64,000 nucleotides of DNA from the NCBI GenBank assembly GCA_951813565.1, contig OX638351.1, positions 3,584,001-3,648,000 of the forward strand, in the 5' to 3' direction. Of this stretch, positions 47,958-58,886 are shown piece after piece. The notes beneath the pieces are model-generated. The model saw nothing but the letters and a program-made list of their open reading frames with translations, was not told where the DNA came from and searched no databases. Position numbers and translations under genes: made by a program. Position 1 is the stretch's first letter. The number at the start of each line of letters is the position of its first letter. The DNA is from an uncultured Poribacteria bacterium. Lineage in GTDB: Bacteria; Poribacteria; WGA-4E; WGA-3G.

Positions 47958-50258
47958 ATGAGGAGGATAAAAAGCGTATATCTACGCTTATCATTTATAA
48001 AAATGGAAACCGTACAGTCTTTTGCTAAAACTCACATCACTAAAATTCGAAAATTTCTAATAGGTTCATTTGCTCTTGTCCTATGCTGGTTCATATCTGG
48101 AACGCTGGTTTCCGCGGAACAAAGGCATAGTCCAATATGGGAAGCTGCTTTTGCAGCTATTGATAAGGGTAATCGTAAACTTGCCGTCTCAAAATTAGAA
48201 AGTTTACTACAGACTGATCTGTCCGAATCGGAAAAACTGGAAATACACCATGCACTTGGTTACAACTATGAGAAGCTGCGAAATCGTCCACAAGCAGTTC
48301 GGCATTACGTAAGGGCTGTCACACGTAATTACCCTCTCGCGGATAGTGCAGCGTATCGTCTTGCCAAGCTTTATGAAGGTATGAATAACGACATAAAAGC
48401 AATAAAATGGTATACGCAGCTCGTAAAGGACTATCCGACAAGCGCATATCTCACCGATGCAAAATGGACACTTGCTCAACTACATTTAAAACATAAGCAG
48501 TATAAAGAAGCAAAATCATTATTAGTTGAGATTATAGACAGACAACGTTATATACGAAAGGCAACTTATGCGTTAGGGCGTTGTGAAGAAGGATTAGGCA
48601 ACTTTTCAAAGGCGTTTCAAATACATCAAAAACTTATTGTTGAAAAGCATTCAGATTCAGTGGCAGAAGATGCTGTCGGCAAGTTAAAAATGCTTGCACG
48701 AGATCGTAAATCGCTTGTGTTGACTGTTAATGACCGTTTGAATTGCGGATTAGTGCATTATTACAATGGAAATTGGAAATCGGCAATCACAGCACTTACG
48801 ACACTTACGAAAAGATCAGACCTGAAACTGAGAGGTCGTGCCCTCTATTATATCGGACAAAGTTATCAAGGACGGAAATGGTATAATACAGCAATTAAAC
48901 AATACAATGCCGTTATCGCTCTGGGTACCAAAACAGATTATTTAACCCGTGCACACTACCAAATCGCACAGTGCTATAGAAAAAAAGGAAACCTAACAAC
49001 CGCTGTAAACCGCCTTGAAAGTTTTGTGAAAACCTATCCGTGGAGCCAATTGATAGATGAGGCACTATACGATATTGCAAGTATTCATGAAAAACGGGAG
49101 AAGTCAGAATTAGCACTCAATGCCTATTCAAGGTTAATAAAAGTAGCTCCTGGTAGCGAATATGCCGATTGGGCAGCGTGGCGAATTGGATGGCGACGGT
49201 TTGACGAAAAACGTTATGAAGAAAGTTACAAAGCGTTCAAAGGCTTAAAAGAGAACTTTCCCGGTAACCGATATGCGATGGGGGCACATTTTTGGATGGC
49301 GAAGATACGAGAACGCCAAAACAAACCGCAACTTGCTAAAGAAATATATACTGAGGTAGCGAAGGCACGATACTGGTATTACAGTGCAAGAGCAAAGGCG
49401 ATTCTTAGAATCACTGCTTCCGAGTTAGAACCGAAGGCGATACCAGATGCCAAATTGCCATCACAAAAAACGTGTCCTGAGCATCTGCCAATATTGATGC
49501 AGCTAAGACTCTATGAAGACGCTGTGTATCAGCTTACCCGTTACATTAACGCGACACCAAACGCTGCACAGGAATGTTTCTATGCTTTAATTACCTGTTA
49601 TGAAAATTTGTCTATGTATGACAAAGCACGTGAGGTGGCAGATAAGGCACTCATCAGTCCATCATTTGATAATCTTGCGAGTACAGATTTAGCCAAGTTT
49701 CGTCAATGGCTCTATCCACTGCACTATGAACAATTGGTTAAGAAGTACGCTAAGCAGTATAATGTAGATACTGCCTTAATTTACGCGATGATCTTAGAAG
49801 AGAGTAGATATCGGAAAGACGCGATTAGTTGGGCAGGTGCGATTGGTCTGATGCAGATTATGCCCGCGACTGGAAGGCAACTTGCACGGGAACTCAAAAT
49901 TCGTCGATTCCGCACCTCAATGTTAAAGGACCCTGAAATTAATATCCGAATGGGAACCAAATATATCGGTTATCTCAACTCAATTTTTGATGATAATGCA
50001 ATGCTGGTGACCGGTGCATACAATGGAGGTCCAGGACGCATGCGGCGGTGGTTGGATTCGAAAAATATCAAGGACCTTGATGAATTTGTTGAAAAGATTA
50101 CCATCCGAGAAACACGGCTACACATCAAAAAGGTTATCAACAGTTATGATAATTATGTTGAGATCTATGGACAACCAGAGGTGCCAGCAGTAAATTCTGC
50201 TTTTGATGCTCCAAAAGAGCAGCTTAATACGCCTATTCTTGGGAAACTGAGTGAATGA
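47958..50258 (+). CDS. TPR-containing soluble lytic transglycosylase (Slt70-like)
   Basis: TPR repeats followed by an SLT domain: EES, S.AGAIGLMQIMP.T, AYNGG and ETR. Confidence 0.92.
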   Translation: MRRIKSVYLRLSFIKMETVQSFAKTHITKIRKFLIGSFALVLCWFISGTLVSAEQRHSPIWEAAFAAIDKGNRKLAVSKLESLLQTDLSESEKLEIHHALGYNYEKLRNRPQAVRHYVRAVTRNYPLADSAAYRLAKLYEGMNNDIKAIKWYTQLVKDYPTSAYLTDAKWTLAQLHLKHKQYKEAKSLLVEIIDRQRYIRKATYALGRCEEGLGNFSKAFQIHQKLIVEKHSDSVAEDAVGKLKMLARDRKSLVLTVNDRLNCGLVHYYNGNWKSAITALTTLTKRSDLKLRGRALYYIGQSYQGRKWYNTAIKQYNAVIALGTKTDYLTRAHYQIAQCYRKKGNLTTAVNRLESFVKTYPWSQLIDEALYDIASIHEKREKSELALNAYSRLIKVAPGSEYADWAAWRIGWRRFDEKRYEESYKAFKGLKENFPGNRYAMGAHFWMAKIRERQNKPQLAKEIYTEVAKARYWYYSARAKAILRITASELEPKAIPDAKLPSQKTCPEHLPILMQLRLYEDAVYQLTRYINATPNAAQECFYALITCYENLSMYDKAREVADKALISPSFDNLASTDLAKFRQWLYPLHYEQLVKKYAKQYNVDTALIYAMILEESRYRKDAISWAGAIGLMQIMPATGRQLARELKIRRFRTSMLKDPEINIRMGTKYIGYLNSIFDDNAMLVTGAYNGGPGRMRRWLDSKNIKDLDEFVEKITIRETRLHIKKVINSYDNYVEIYGQPEVPAVNSAFDAPKEQLNTPILGKLSE

Positions 50259-50406
50259 ATACAGTAAACCCAAAAAGTTGGAATTTTTGAAACTTAGAAT
50301 GTAATACATACGTAATTCAGTGTAGTTAGTGGATATGATGTCCTTATTACGAATTATATTCTCTGCATAGGGAATTCAAGAATGAATAATCGAAACGTTA
50401 ATACCA

Positions 50407-50565
50407 ACGTGAGTTTGATAATTAACTGGACAGGCAAAAATTGAACAGAGAACGGGCATATTTGCTGAAAAAATCGTTATTTTGGTGTTTTTAACCCCTA
50501 AATCCCCCTTATCAGAGGACTTTAAGAGGAAATGTAGAAATCCTAACTATTTATCAAACTCACGT
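50407..50565. mobile_element. IS982-like MITE
   Basis: TIR ACGTGAGTTTGATAA with 8-bp TSD TAATACCA (50399-50406 and 50566-50573). Confidence 0.8.
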
Positions 50566-50890
50566 TAATACCACAATTCAAAAAGTGAACACATCAGGCA
50601 CCGGTTACCTCAGCAAGATTTGCCCATGTTTAATCCTTGATGGATGTGTTTTAACTATTAGTTACTACCCCCCCTACTTCACATTCGTTAATTTTACAAG
50701 TTTATAAGGTCGTATCGCAGACGTCAAAGACTGCGATATTTTCGCGCCCGCAGGCGCATTTCGTTTTTACGGAATGTCTCGCCGCGGGCTTTTGTTGTTG
50801 CATTGTAGACATCTACAATGCTTTGCTTCCTTATTTCGTAAGCGCACATATAGGATGGGTGCAAGAAATAAGAGAAGTTCTAATTTATTG

Positions 50891-50933
50891 TTTACACACA
50901 ATCAGGAGACGTGCTATAATAAATACGTCTCCT
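50891..50933 (+). promoter_or_regulatory. Promoter with an inverted repeat bracketing the -10 box
   Basis: TTTACA-18 nt-TATAAT with TG. AGGAGACGT-N12-ACGTCTCCT encloses TATAAT. Confidence 0.55.
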
Positions 50934-50971
50934 CGTATCATTTATTATGTTTGAAAAGGAGACTTTAAGAA

Positions 50972-51559
50972 ATGTCAAAAGTCAAATTAAGCCTCGTTGC
51001 AATAGCAATGGTTTGTTACTTATTTGTGAGCGGAAGTGGGCACGTGTTCGCGCATTGTCCTGCTGAGGGACTTCTTGCTTGGGGGACGCAATATATTGAC
51101 CCCGATGATCCGATGGATCCTGGCATCAGCGGTTCTGTTTATGCAGGTAATCTAACCTATTGGCCTCGAACGGGTGAACAACCCTTCTGGCTCGCCTACA
51201 TTTCAAGTGACCATTCTGTCTATGCACATCACTACTATGAAGATGAGGACTTTACGCTTTATTGGTCATTCAGGCTTTCCGTGGATAAGCATCCGAATAC
51301 TTATCAGTCGAATCCGAAATATTCCGGTTCTCTGGGTTTATATGTCCCAGACACACAAGCTATGCCTGATTCTATCTCAGAAAGCGAAACGCTATGGGTA
51401 GATGTAACAAATCTACCGGCAGCTGCAAACGGTAGACTCTACCACATGTCTGCATATACGCGTTTGGATGCGTGGAGCGACGAAGCAGCTGGGAAGTTCT
51501 CTTGGAAGGACTGTCAAAACGGCATCTCGTTTTTACACACTCCTCCGCCTCGTAACTAA
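50972..51559 (+). CDS. Hypothetical secreted protein
   Basis: AAGGAG RBS and a signal peptide ending in HVFA. No family recognised. Confidence 0.7.
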   Translation: MSKVKLSLVAIAMVCYLFVSGSGHVFAHCPAEGLLAWGTQYIDPDDPMDPGISGSVYAGNLTYWPRTGEQPFWLAYISSDHSVYAHHYYEDEDFTLYWSFRLSVDKHPNTYQSNPKYSGSLGLYVPDTQAMPDSISESETLWVDVTNLPAAANGRLYHMSAYTRLDAWSDEAAGKFSWKDCQNGISFLHTPPPRN

Positions 51560-51656
51560 CATTAAGAAGGTTTCATGACCTTTTCCAAAGGCACGTGTCT
51601 CTCTTTACATTCCTATGTAGCAGGAAGCACGTGCCTTTCTATAAGGAGCAACAGAA

Positions 51657-52630
51657 TGCGCAAACTTTTTATTTTTAGCATGCTCTTCTTTAGTATTGTT
51701 ACTATTGCCAGCGCAAAAATCGTGTGGATGTCCGATTGGGAAATATTTGTGATGGAAGATGATGGCAGCAAAAGGCAAAGGCTGACATACAATAAGGTCT
51801 ATGATGGAACCCCTCGCTGGTCCCCCAATGGAAAATTCATCGCCTTCGATCGCGCACAAGAAAGGGTAACGAATGAACAGAATCATGACCTGTTTATTAT
51901 GAATAGAGATGGTACACAGGAACGGCAGCTTACGGCCTATTCGGGGCTGGATGTAAATCCAAGCTGGTCCTCCGATGGACAATATTTATCCTTTACAAGC
52001 ACACGTGGGGAGGCAACGAATATTTATATTATTGATATTGAGACGCAAGCGGTGCGAGAACTTAGGCGCAACATGAACGGGCACACTTCGGGGCAATCAG
52101 CGTGGTCACCGGACGGGAGGCATATTGCCTACGTATCGAAACGGCGAAATCCCTACGAAGAATCCATTTACATTGTAGATACGGAAGGTCAAAACCGACG
52201 CCTCTTTGCCAAACCAATGGTTGCAAACTATGCTTCTCTGCGCTGGTCGCCAGACGGTAAACAGCTACTGTATTGCGAGACAAAATACGGCAATAACAAT
52301 GATATACTTTCAAATAAGATCGTTATTCGGACGCTGGATGGGCTTTTGGTAAAAGAACTTGAAATACCGATCGCTAAGTGGCAGATACTAACTGCATGCT
52401 GGATGGGGATGCATCATGTGCTTATTGACGCTACGGAAGACTATAAAGCGCCGGATGGCGGGCAGAGTGATATTCATCGGTATAACATCATCACAGATGA
52501 GATTGTCAACCTGACAAACTCACCGAGAGATAACGACGGGTTCCCAGACTGGATAGATGATAAAGCCTTAGCTGTGGTTCCTGTGGGTAAACTTACAATA
52601 CGGTGGGCAGAACTTAAACAAACAAATTGA
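51657..52630 (+). CDS. Secreted TolB-like PD40 beta-propeller protein
   Basis: P.WSP.G repeats. ATG 51657 follows AAGGAG. C-terminal AVVPVGKLTIRWAELK. Confidence 0.88.
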
Positions 52631-52672
52631 ATTGTTCTCATATTTCATTGTTCAAAAGGATTAGTGAATAGT

Positions 52673-54364
52673 TTATAGTTTCACAATTGCAGGGTCATTA
52701 TCTCTGGTCATGATGATGCGTTTCAACCACTCAGTATCATCATGTTCGGGGAAGTCAGCGCGGTAGTGTCCACCGCGGCTTTCCGTCCGAATGAGTGCTG
52801 CTTGTGTTATTATCCACGCGACGTTAAGCATATTGAGTGTTTCGCATAGTTCAAAATCAGTTGTTTGAAGAGATGCCGGTGAATAGGGACAAAGGTCAAT
52901 CTCTGTCCCTATTTCTTCTAAATCATAAAGTGTCTGTTCTAAGCCCTCACTGTCACGTTCAATCCCAACATTTTCCCAGAGTGTCTCGCGAATAGCACCC
53001 TTTGCAGCTAATATAGAATTCTCATCTAATCCAGAAGCCTTTTCTTCAGTGATCGGAATTTGAATATTGGGCGGGGCCTGCAATGTTTGGGATGATGCAT
53101 AAGCTGCAGCGTTGTTTCCAGCACGCACACCAAAGACGAGACACTCTAATAGGGAATTGCTTGCCAAACGATTGGCACCGTGCACGCCAGTGCACGCTAC
53201 TTCACCACATGCATACAACCCTTTCAGGTTTGTTTCTGTATCGGCGTTGGTGCGGATTCCTCCCATCATAAAATGTGCGCCAGGGCGAACAGGTATTAAA
53301 TCAATGTTTATATCTAAGCCGTAACGTTTGGTGGTGTCAGAGATTGTAGGAAATCGTTCCTGAATAAAATCAGCGGATTTATGTGTAATATCAAGATAGA
53401 CGCATGGAAATCCGGTGAGGGACATCTCATTTTGGATAGCACGACTTACAACATCGCGAGGTGCAAGCTCACCTTTTTCGTGATATTTATCCATGAATTG
53501 CTCTCCGCGAATGTTAACAAGTTTTCCGCCTTCTCCCCGCACTGCCTCGGATATTAGAAAGCTGGGGGCACCGTCAAGATAGAGCGTCGTTGGGTGGAAC
53601 TGGACGAATTCCATATCTACCATCTTGCATCCTGCGCGCCATGCTGCTGCAAAACCATCACCAGTTGCTACTTCTGGATTGGAGGTGCAAGGATACAAAC
53701 GTCCCAACCCACCTGTTGCAAGAATTGTTGCTTTGGCATATAGAGATACCAGTTTACCCTCCACGATGGCAGTAACACCGTAACATGTGGTATCGTGCTT
53801 TTCCTGTGCTGCTTCTGCATCTGTAAGCAGGTCTATTGCAAAAGCATTGGATAGAATATGTATGCGTTCTGTGTTCAACACTCGCTGGACGAGAACGTCT
53901 GTTGTTTCACGTCCAGTTGCATCACCTTTATGAACGATACGCCGCCGGCTGTGTGCTGCTTCTTGCGTAAAACGTGGAAGCGTTCCTTCCCAATCAAAAT
54001 TTGCACCCCAATCTAACAATTCAGTTACGCGCGAAATGCCTTCAGAAACCATTGTCTCAACGGCATCTACATTGCATAAACCGCATCCAGCACTACATGT
54101 GTCCTCTACGTGTAGGTCTATTGTGTCATCAATGTTCATTGCGACTGCGATGCCGCCTTGTGCATAAAGTGTGTTGCTTTCTTTGAGAGTTGTTTTCGTA
54201 ATTAAGGTGACATCAGCGCGCTCACTTGCGGCGAGTGCAGCACGCAATCCAGCAGCACCACTACCAATTATTAGGACATCTGTATCCCAGCCTGAACGCG
54301 CTTCTGAATTCAGAACAGAAGAATCTGTTTCGGTATTCATATATTCTTGCAAGCCTTTCGGCAT
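52673..54364 (-). CDS. nadB: L-aspartate oxidase
   Basis: IGSGAAGL, AQGGIA, EAAHS.RR, QFHPT, SEAVRGEG and GVHGANRLASNSLLE. Confidence 0.95.
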   Translation of the reverse strand: MPKGLQEYMNTETDSSVLNSEARSGWDTDVLIIGSGAAGLRAALAASERADVTLITKTTLKESNTLYAQGGIAVAMNIDDTIDLHVEDTCSAGCGLCNVDAVETMVSEGISRVTELLDWGANFDWEGTLPRFTQEAAHSRRRIVHKGDATGRETTDVLVQRVLNTERIHILSNAFAIDLLTDAEAAQEKHDTTCYGVTAIVEGKLVSLYAKATILATGGLGRLYPCTSNPEVATGDGFAAAWRAGCKMVDMEFVQFHPTTLYLDGAPSFLISEAVRGEGGKLVNIRGEQFMDKYHEKGELAPRDVVSRAIQNEMSLTGFPCVYLDITHKSADFIQERFPTISDTTKRYGLDINIDLIPVRPGAHFMMGGIRTNADTETNLKGLYACGEVACTGVHGANRLASNSLLECLVFGVRAGNNAAAYASSQTLQAPPNIQIPITEEKASGLDENSILAAKGAIRETLWENVGIERDSEGLEQTLYDLEEIGTEIDLCPYSPASLQTTDFELCETLNMLNVAWIITQAALIRTESRGGHYRADFPEHDDTEWLKRIIMTRDNDPAIVKL

Positions 54365-54370
54365 CCTATT

Positions 54371-54802
54371 CTATTGAGTTGGAGGCGTAGGCGTATAACT
54401 TTCATCAACCGGCATTACTTTACCGGTGCCTGTAGCGATAAGGGTGTCATCACTGAGCTTTACTTCTGCTTTTGCCTCTACTAAACGCCGTGAAACCTTA
54501 GTACGTACTGCAAAAACAAGCAGTTTCACTCCTGTTGGCGCAGGCTTCCGAAAACGGACTTCAAGTTGCGCTGTAACAGCGGGACCATCAAAAGTGCCTA
54601 TTCCAACGTGGGTTATCGCCTCGTCTAATAGGGTACTAATTATACCACCATGTAGAATGTTTGCCCACCCTTGCATGTGTTGAGGTGGTGTGCATTCTAT
54701 GTGGACTTCTGCGCCTGCATCTCTGATTTTTGGTTCCACTTGCAAGCCATACGGATTATTCGTACCGCAAACAAAACATCGGTTGTTATTTTCAATTGCC
54801 AT
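54371..54802 (-). CDS. PaaI-family hotdog thioesterase
   Basis: CFVCG..NP.GL, HGGIISTLLDE and VTAQL.VRFRKP. Confidence 0.9.
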   Translation of the reverse strand: MAIENNNRCFVCGTNNPYGLQVEPKIRDAGAEVHIECTPPQHMQGWANILHGGIISTLLDEAITHVGIGTFDGPAVTAQLEVRFRKPAPTGVKLLVFAVRTKVSRRLVEAKAEVKLSDDTLIATGTGKVMPVDESYTPTPPTQ

Positions 54803-54876
54803 TTTTTATAGTCGTTTGTCCGAAAATATAAATTGTTTGTGGTTGATCAGCACGTTTGCAAATTGCACCTACAGTC

Positions 54877-57537
54877 TTACGAAGAAGTAAGCATTGTAAG
54901 ACTACGTGCTAATTTTTCTTTTTCAACCAACAAACGTTCAAGTAGTTCACGTTTTTGAGCAACCACATTTTCTGGGGCCCGCTCAATAAAATTAGGATTT
55001 TCTAACGTTTTTTGCGCCGCCGCAACGTCTTTGACTGTCTGATCGTGGCGTTTCGTTAGTCGTGCTTTTTCTGCTTCAAAGTCAATTACCCCTGCCAACG
55101 GTATATAGATAGCGAGGTCTCCAATGACAGCTTCCGCTGAGGCGGGAGGTTTCGATAAAGACTCCGCTATAGTAATATCTGACACGCGTGTAAATGCTGG
55201 TAAGTACTGTTTGAGATAAGTTTCAAGCCGATTCCGAACTTCAGCGTTTGGCGATTGAATGTGAACTTCCACGGATGCTCCGATCGGAACGTTCAACTCA
55301 CCGCGTATGCTTCTGATATTATCAATAACTTCCATTACATTTATCATTGTGGCTTCTGCTTTTGGATCTTCTTTAGTCAGTTCTGGCCAAGGTGCAACAG
55401 TCACAGATGCGTTATCGTCAGCAGTGGAATTATTACCGCCATGCGGAAGTTGTTGCCAAATTTCTTCTGTTAAGAAAGGCATTAACGGGTGTAGGAGCCG
55501 CATTATCTGTTCTAATACATCCGCAGCAACCCACAACGCCTCAGGTTCATCTTTTGATAGACGTTGCTTGGCAAATTCCAGATACCAATCGCAGAATTCA
55601 TGCCAAAGAAAAGCATAGAGAGTTTGCGCCACTTCGTGGAACCTGAAGTTTTCGAGAGCATCGGTTGCGGTTTTGATCGTATGGCTTAGACGACTCCGTA
55701 TCCATTGAATTTCTAATAACTCTTGTCCTGATGCAATCTCTTCATTTTCTGTTGGAACAGGAAACTTCTCTAAATTCATGAGAATGAATCGCGCTGCATT
55801 CCAAACTTTGTTAGTAAACCGTTTACCAGCCTCTATCTGTGATTCCAGTAGTGGGACATAAGGGTTCGGTGTGCTTGTATTTGCGAGTGCAAACCGGAAG
55901 GCATCGGTACCGTAGGTGGCAATCGTCTCCAATGGATCGATGCTATTTCCTTTTGATTTGCTCATCTTTTGCCCTTTTTCGTCAGCAACAAGCCCGTGCA
56001 AATAGACCTTACGGAATGGCACTTCATCCATACATCCGAGTCCTAACATAATCATCCTTGCTACCCAGAAGAAAAGAATATCCCACCCAGTGACAAGCAC
56101 AGATGTGGGATAAAACGTTTTCAACTCAGCTGTTTCTTCGGGCCATCCCATCGTTGAGAAGGGCCATAATCCTGAACTAAACCATGTGTCCAACACATCT
56201 TCATCCTGATGAAAGTCAGTAGCACCGCATTCACACTGTTGTGGTGTATCCATTGCAGCAGTGACTTTTTCACAAGCACTACAATACCATATTGGGAGTC
56301 GGTGTCCCCACCATCTTTGGCGTGAAATCGGCCACGGTTCAATGTTCTCCATCCAGTGAAAAAAACGCGTCGTTTCGCGTTCAGGGATAAATGTCACTTC
56401 ACCTTTTTTTGTTGCTTCTATTGCGCGTTGTGCAAGAGGCTTAACATTCATGAACCATTGTGGTGATATAGTAGGTTCTACTACTGTATCGCACCTATCA
56501 TGGTGTCCAACAGCATGTCTGTGTGGCACAATTTTGACAAGAAAGTCTTCTTTCTCCAAATCTTCAACGACCTTTTTCCGGCAGTCCCATCGGGATAAGC
56601 TAACGTATTTTTTAGGGGCATTTTCGTTGATATGCCCATCTTGGGTGAAGATAGTTCGTTGTTCAAGGTTATGTCTCAAACCGATTTCATAGTCATTTAC
56701 ATCGTGTGCAGGGGTAACTTTCAATGCCCCAGTCCCAAATTCGGTATCCACATAGTCATCAGCAATTATCGGAATCTCTCTGTCGCAAAGTGGGAGGAGG
56801 ACTTTTTTACCGATCAGGTGTTGATAACGTTCATCATCAGGATGCACTGCCACCGCAGTATCACCCAACATCGTTTCAGGACGTGTTGTGGCAATTTCAA
56901 GCACTACTTCACTGTCTATAACAGGATAACGGATATGATAAAAGTTACCATCAATTTCAATCGGTTCCACTTCAAGGTTACTCACAGCGGTACTGCACTG
57001 TGGACACCAATTCACCATATAGGTATCACGATAGATAAGCTCCTGATTGTAAAGTTTGACAAAGGCGGTGCGAACCGCTTCTGATAACCCGTCATCAAGC
57101 GTAAATCGTTCACGCTCCCAATCGCAGGAACAGCCAAGTTGTTGAAGCTGCCAGACAATATACCCAGCGGACTCGGCCTTCCACTGCCACATGCGTTCTA
57201 TAAATTTTTCGCGACCGAGCGCGTTTCTACTTGTGCCTTCTTCAGCCAGTTTTCGCTCCATGATGAGTTCAGTTACAATGCCAGCGTGGTCTGTTCCGGG
57301 CATCCATAGCACATTATAACCCTGCATGCGTTTCCATCGGATAAGACAATCCTGGAGTGTGTTATCAAGTGCATGCCCAATGTGTAAACTACCGGTAATG
57401 TTTGGGGGTGGGATCACAATTGCGTAGGAAGGTTTGTCGGATGTTGCTTCAGCATGAAAGAAGCCGTTACTCTGCCAAAATTCGTACCATTTCCCCTCAA
57501 TTTCCTGAGGGTCGTAAATCTTTGGAAGACTTGTCAT
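54877..57537 (-). CDS. valS: Valyl-tRNA synthetase
   Basis: PPPNITGSLHIGH, ATTRPET, DVLDTWFSS, KMSKS and a C-terminal coiled-coil arm. Confidence 0.98.
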   Translation of the reverse strand: MTSLPKIYDPQEIEGKWYEFWQSNGFFHAEATSDKPSYAIVIPPPNITGSLHIGHALDNTLQDCLIRWKRMQGYNVLWMPGTDHAGIVTELIMERKLAEEGTSRNALGREKFIERMWQWKAESAGYIVWQLQQLGCSCDWERERFTLDDGLSEAVRTAFVKLYNQELIYRDTYMVNWCPQCSTAVSNLEVEPIEIDGNFYHIRYPVIDSEVVLEIATTRPETMLGDTAVAVHPDDERYQHLIGKKVLLPLCDREIPIIADDYVDTEFGTGALKVTPAHDVNDYEIGLRHNLEQRTIFTQDGHINENAPKKYVSLSRWDCRKKVVEDLEKEDFLVKIVPHRHAVGHHDRCDTVVEPTISPQWFMNVKPLAQRAIEATKKGEVTFIPERETTRFFHWMENIEPWPISRQRWWGHRLPIWYCSACEKVTAAMDTPQQCECGATDFHQDEDVLDTWFSSGLWPFSTMGWPEETAELKTFYPTSVLVTGWDILFFWVARMIMLGLGCMDEVPFRKVYLHGLVADEKGQKMSKSKGNSIDPLETIATYGTDAFRFALANTSTPNPYVPLLESQIEAGKRFTNKVWNAARFILMNLEKFPVPTENEEIASGQELLEIQWIRSRLSHTIKTATDALENFRFHEVAQTLYAFLWHEFCDWYLEFAKQRLSKDEPEALWVAADVLEQIMRLLHPLMPFLTEEIWQQLPHGGNNSTADDNASVTVAPWPELTKEDPKAEATMINVMEVIDNIRSIRGELNVPIGASVEVHIQSPNAEVRNRLETYLKQYLPAFTRVSDITIAESLSKPPASAEAVIGDLAIYIPLAGVIDFEAEKARLTKRHDQTVKDVAAAQKTLENPNFIERAPENVVAQKRELLERLLVEKEKLARSLTMLTSS

Positions 57538-57579
57538 ATTTTTACCTGAAAACAGTTCAAAACTATTATAGATAGAATC

Positions 57580-57608
57580 ATTTTACCACATATACAACTT
57601 TTTTTCAA
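57580..57608 (-). promoter_or_regulatory. Possible sigma70 promoter for valS
   Basis: Minus strand TTGAAA-17 nt-TAAAAT with TG. Confidence 0.45.
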
Positions 57609-57648
57609 AAAAACTTGCGCAAAAAATTTAATATTAAGGAGAACTGAC

Positions 57649-58482
57649 ATGTCTAAAAAACTGATATGGGGACTCAGTGTCCTCATATTCCTCCTGATTG
57701 TAGGTGCTTTCGTGTTTCTGACTGTCAAAAATCAGGCAGAGATACGGCAACTTGAAAGAGAAGCCGCCGCAGTCCAAAAGCAGCTGCAGCACCGTAACGC
57801 GCAACAAGTGCCACAGGAGGAACACCCTACATAGGGGCACTTTCACGATGATGGCACTTTTCACGAAGGTGCCCCTGAAAATCCTATAGAGACAGAACCA
57901 TCACAAGCGTCACAAGTGTCACGAGATTTCACCCCCGCACAAGTGAAAATACCAGAAGGGATTACCGATCCCGATGTGCTTGCTGCGTGGGAACGCGTTG
58001 ACTACATCGCAAAGAATATATGGGAATGGGGCGGTGTGCCATCACAACGTACCGAAGAACTGATCGCCCAACTGATGCCACCGCCTGATGGGTTTTCAGG
58101 ACCCACTGGACACAGCGATGCCGAAGAAACTATAGACCTACTCGGAAGCCTCGATCCGAATGACCCACGCTCTGCAGAAGTTATGGCGACTTATCTATGT
58201 GAAGGTCTTGTTGGGGGGCGGGGTCCGAAAAATGCGTTGGTAAAGATGGGGGTGCCTGCGGTGCCATACCTCATCCCCTATATGCTTGACATGGAGTTGA
58301 TGCCATTATTACGAAGTAGAGCCATTGAGGTATTAGGTCAGATTGCCGAAAAGCATCGGGAGGATTTAGGTGGTATTGTGGAACACATCATCATTCCACG
58401 ACTGGAAGCTGTCCTGTCGGAAGAAAAACCGGATTACCATGAAGGAAAAGATGCGAGAGAAGCCCTTGCGCGTCTGAAATAA
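57649..58482 (+). pseudogene. Membrane-anchored protein with a His motif and HEAT-like tail, broken by one TAG
   Basis: The ORFs at 57649 and 57916 are in the same frame, separated by a single TAG at 57832-57834. GHFHDDGTFH follows the stop. Confidence 0.75.
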
Positions 58483-58513
58483 CGAAAATCTATCTATAAA
58501 AGGAGTTTATGTC

Positions 58514-58764
58514 ATGAAAGTTAAATATGTTTTATCCAGTCTTTTATTTTTTGTTTGTGTGTTTGTTCCATTTCATCAGAGTTATACCGAAATTTCTATT
58601 TTATACACAACGCCTTGTGTTCAATTAGGTGCGTGGACGGTCGGCCAGAGTTCAGGTAATTATGGTGAGACAACTCGACCGATAAACGTAAGTTCATTGT
58701 AGATGAAGTCGGCTATTATTGTGGTGAATATAGTCCAGACGGCGGCCACTCCTTCGGCCCGTAG
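58514..58764 (+). pseudogene. Short secreted-protein gene, probably frameshifted
   Basis: AAGGAG RBS and signal-like N-terminus. A different frame appears to continue past the stop at 58702. Confidence 0.4.
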
Positions 58765-58792
58765 CTGCTGCAGCATCACACAACCTTTTAAC

Positions 58793-58826
58793 AGGCAGGT
58801 ATCCGTTTTGGGTGCTGCCTTTTTCC
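58793..58826 (+). terminator. Possible intrinsic terminator
   Basis: AGGCAG...CTGCCT hairpin followed by TTTT. Confidence 0.45.
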
Positions 58827-58886
58827 TCTAATGTGTGGTCTGTCCGTTGGGTAGAGCGAAGCGAAACCGACATGTATCATATTTTG

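Noticed and set aside
57832..57834. Amber recoding or readthrough (in-frame TAG here and at 5431)
   Set aside because: Conserved genes such as ackA, murE and ftsA end at TAG in the expected place. C-to-T nonsense mutation is the simpler explanation.
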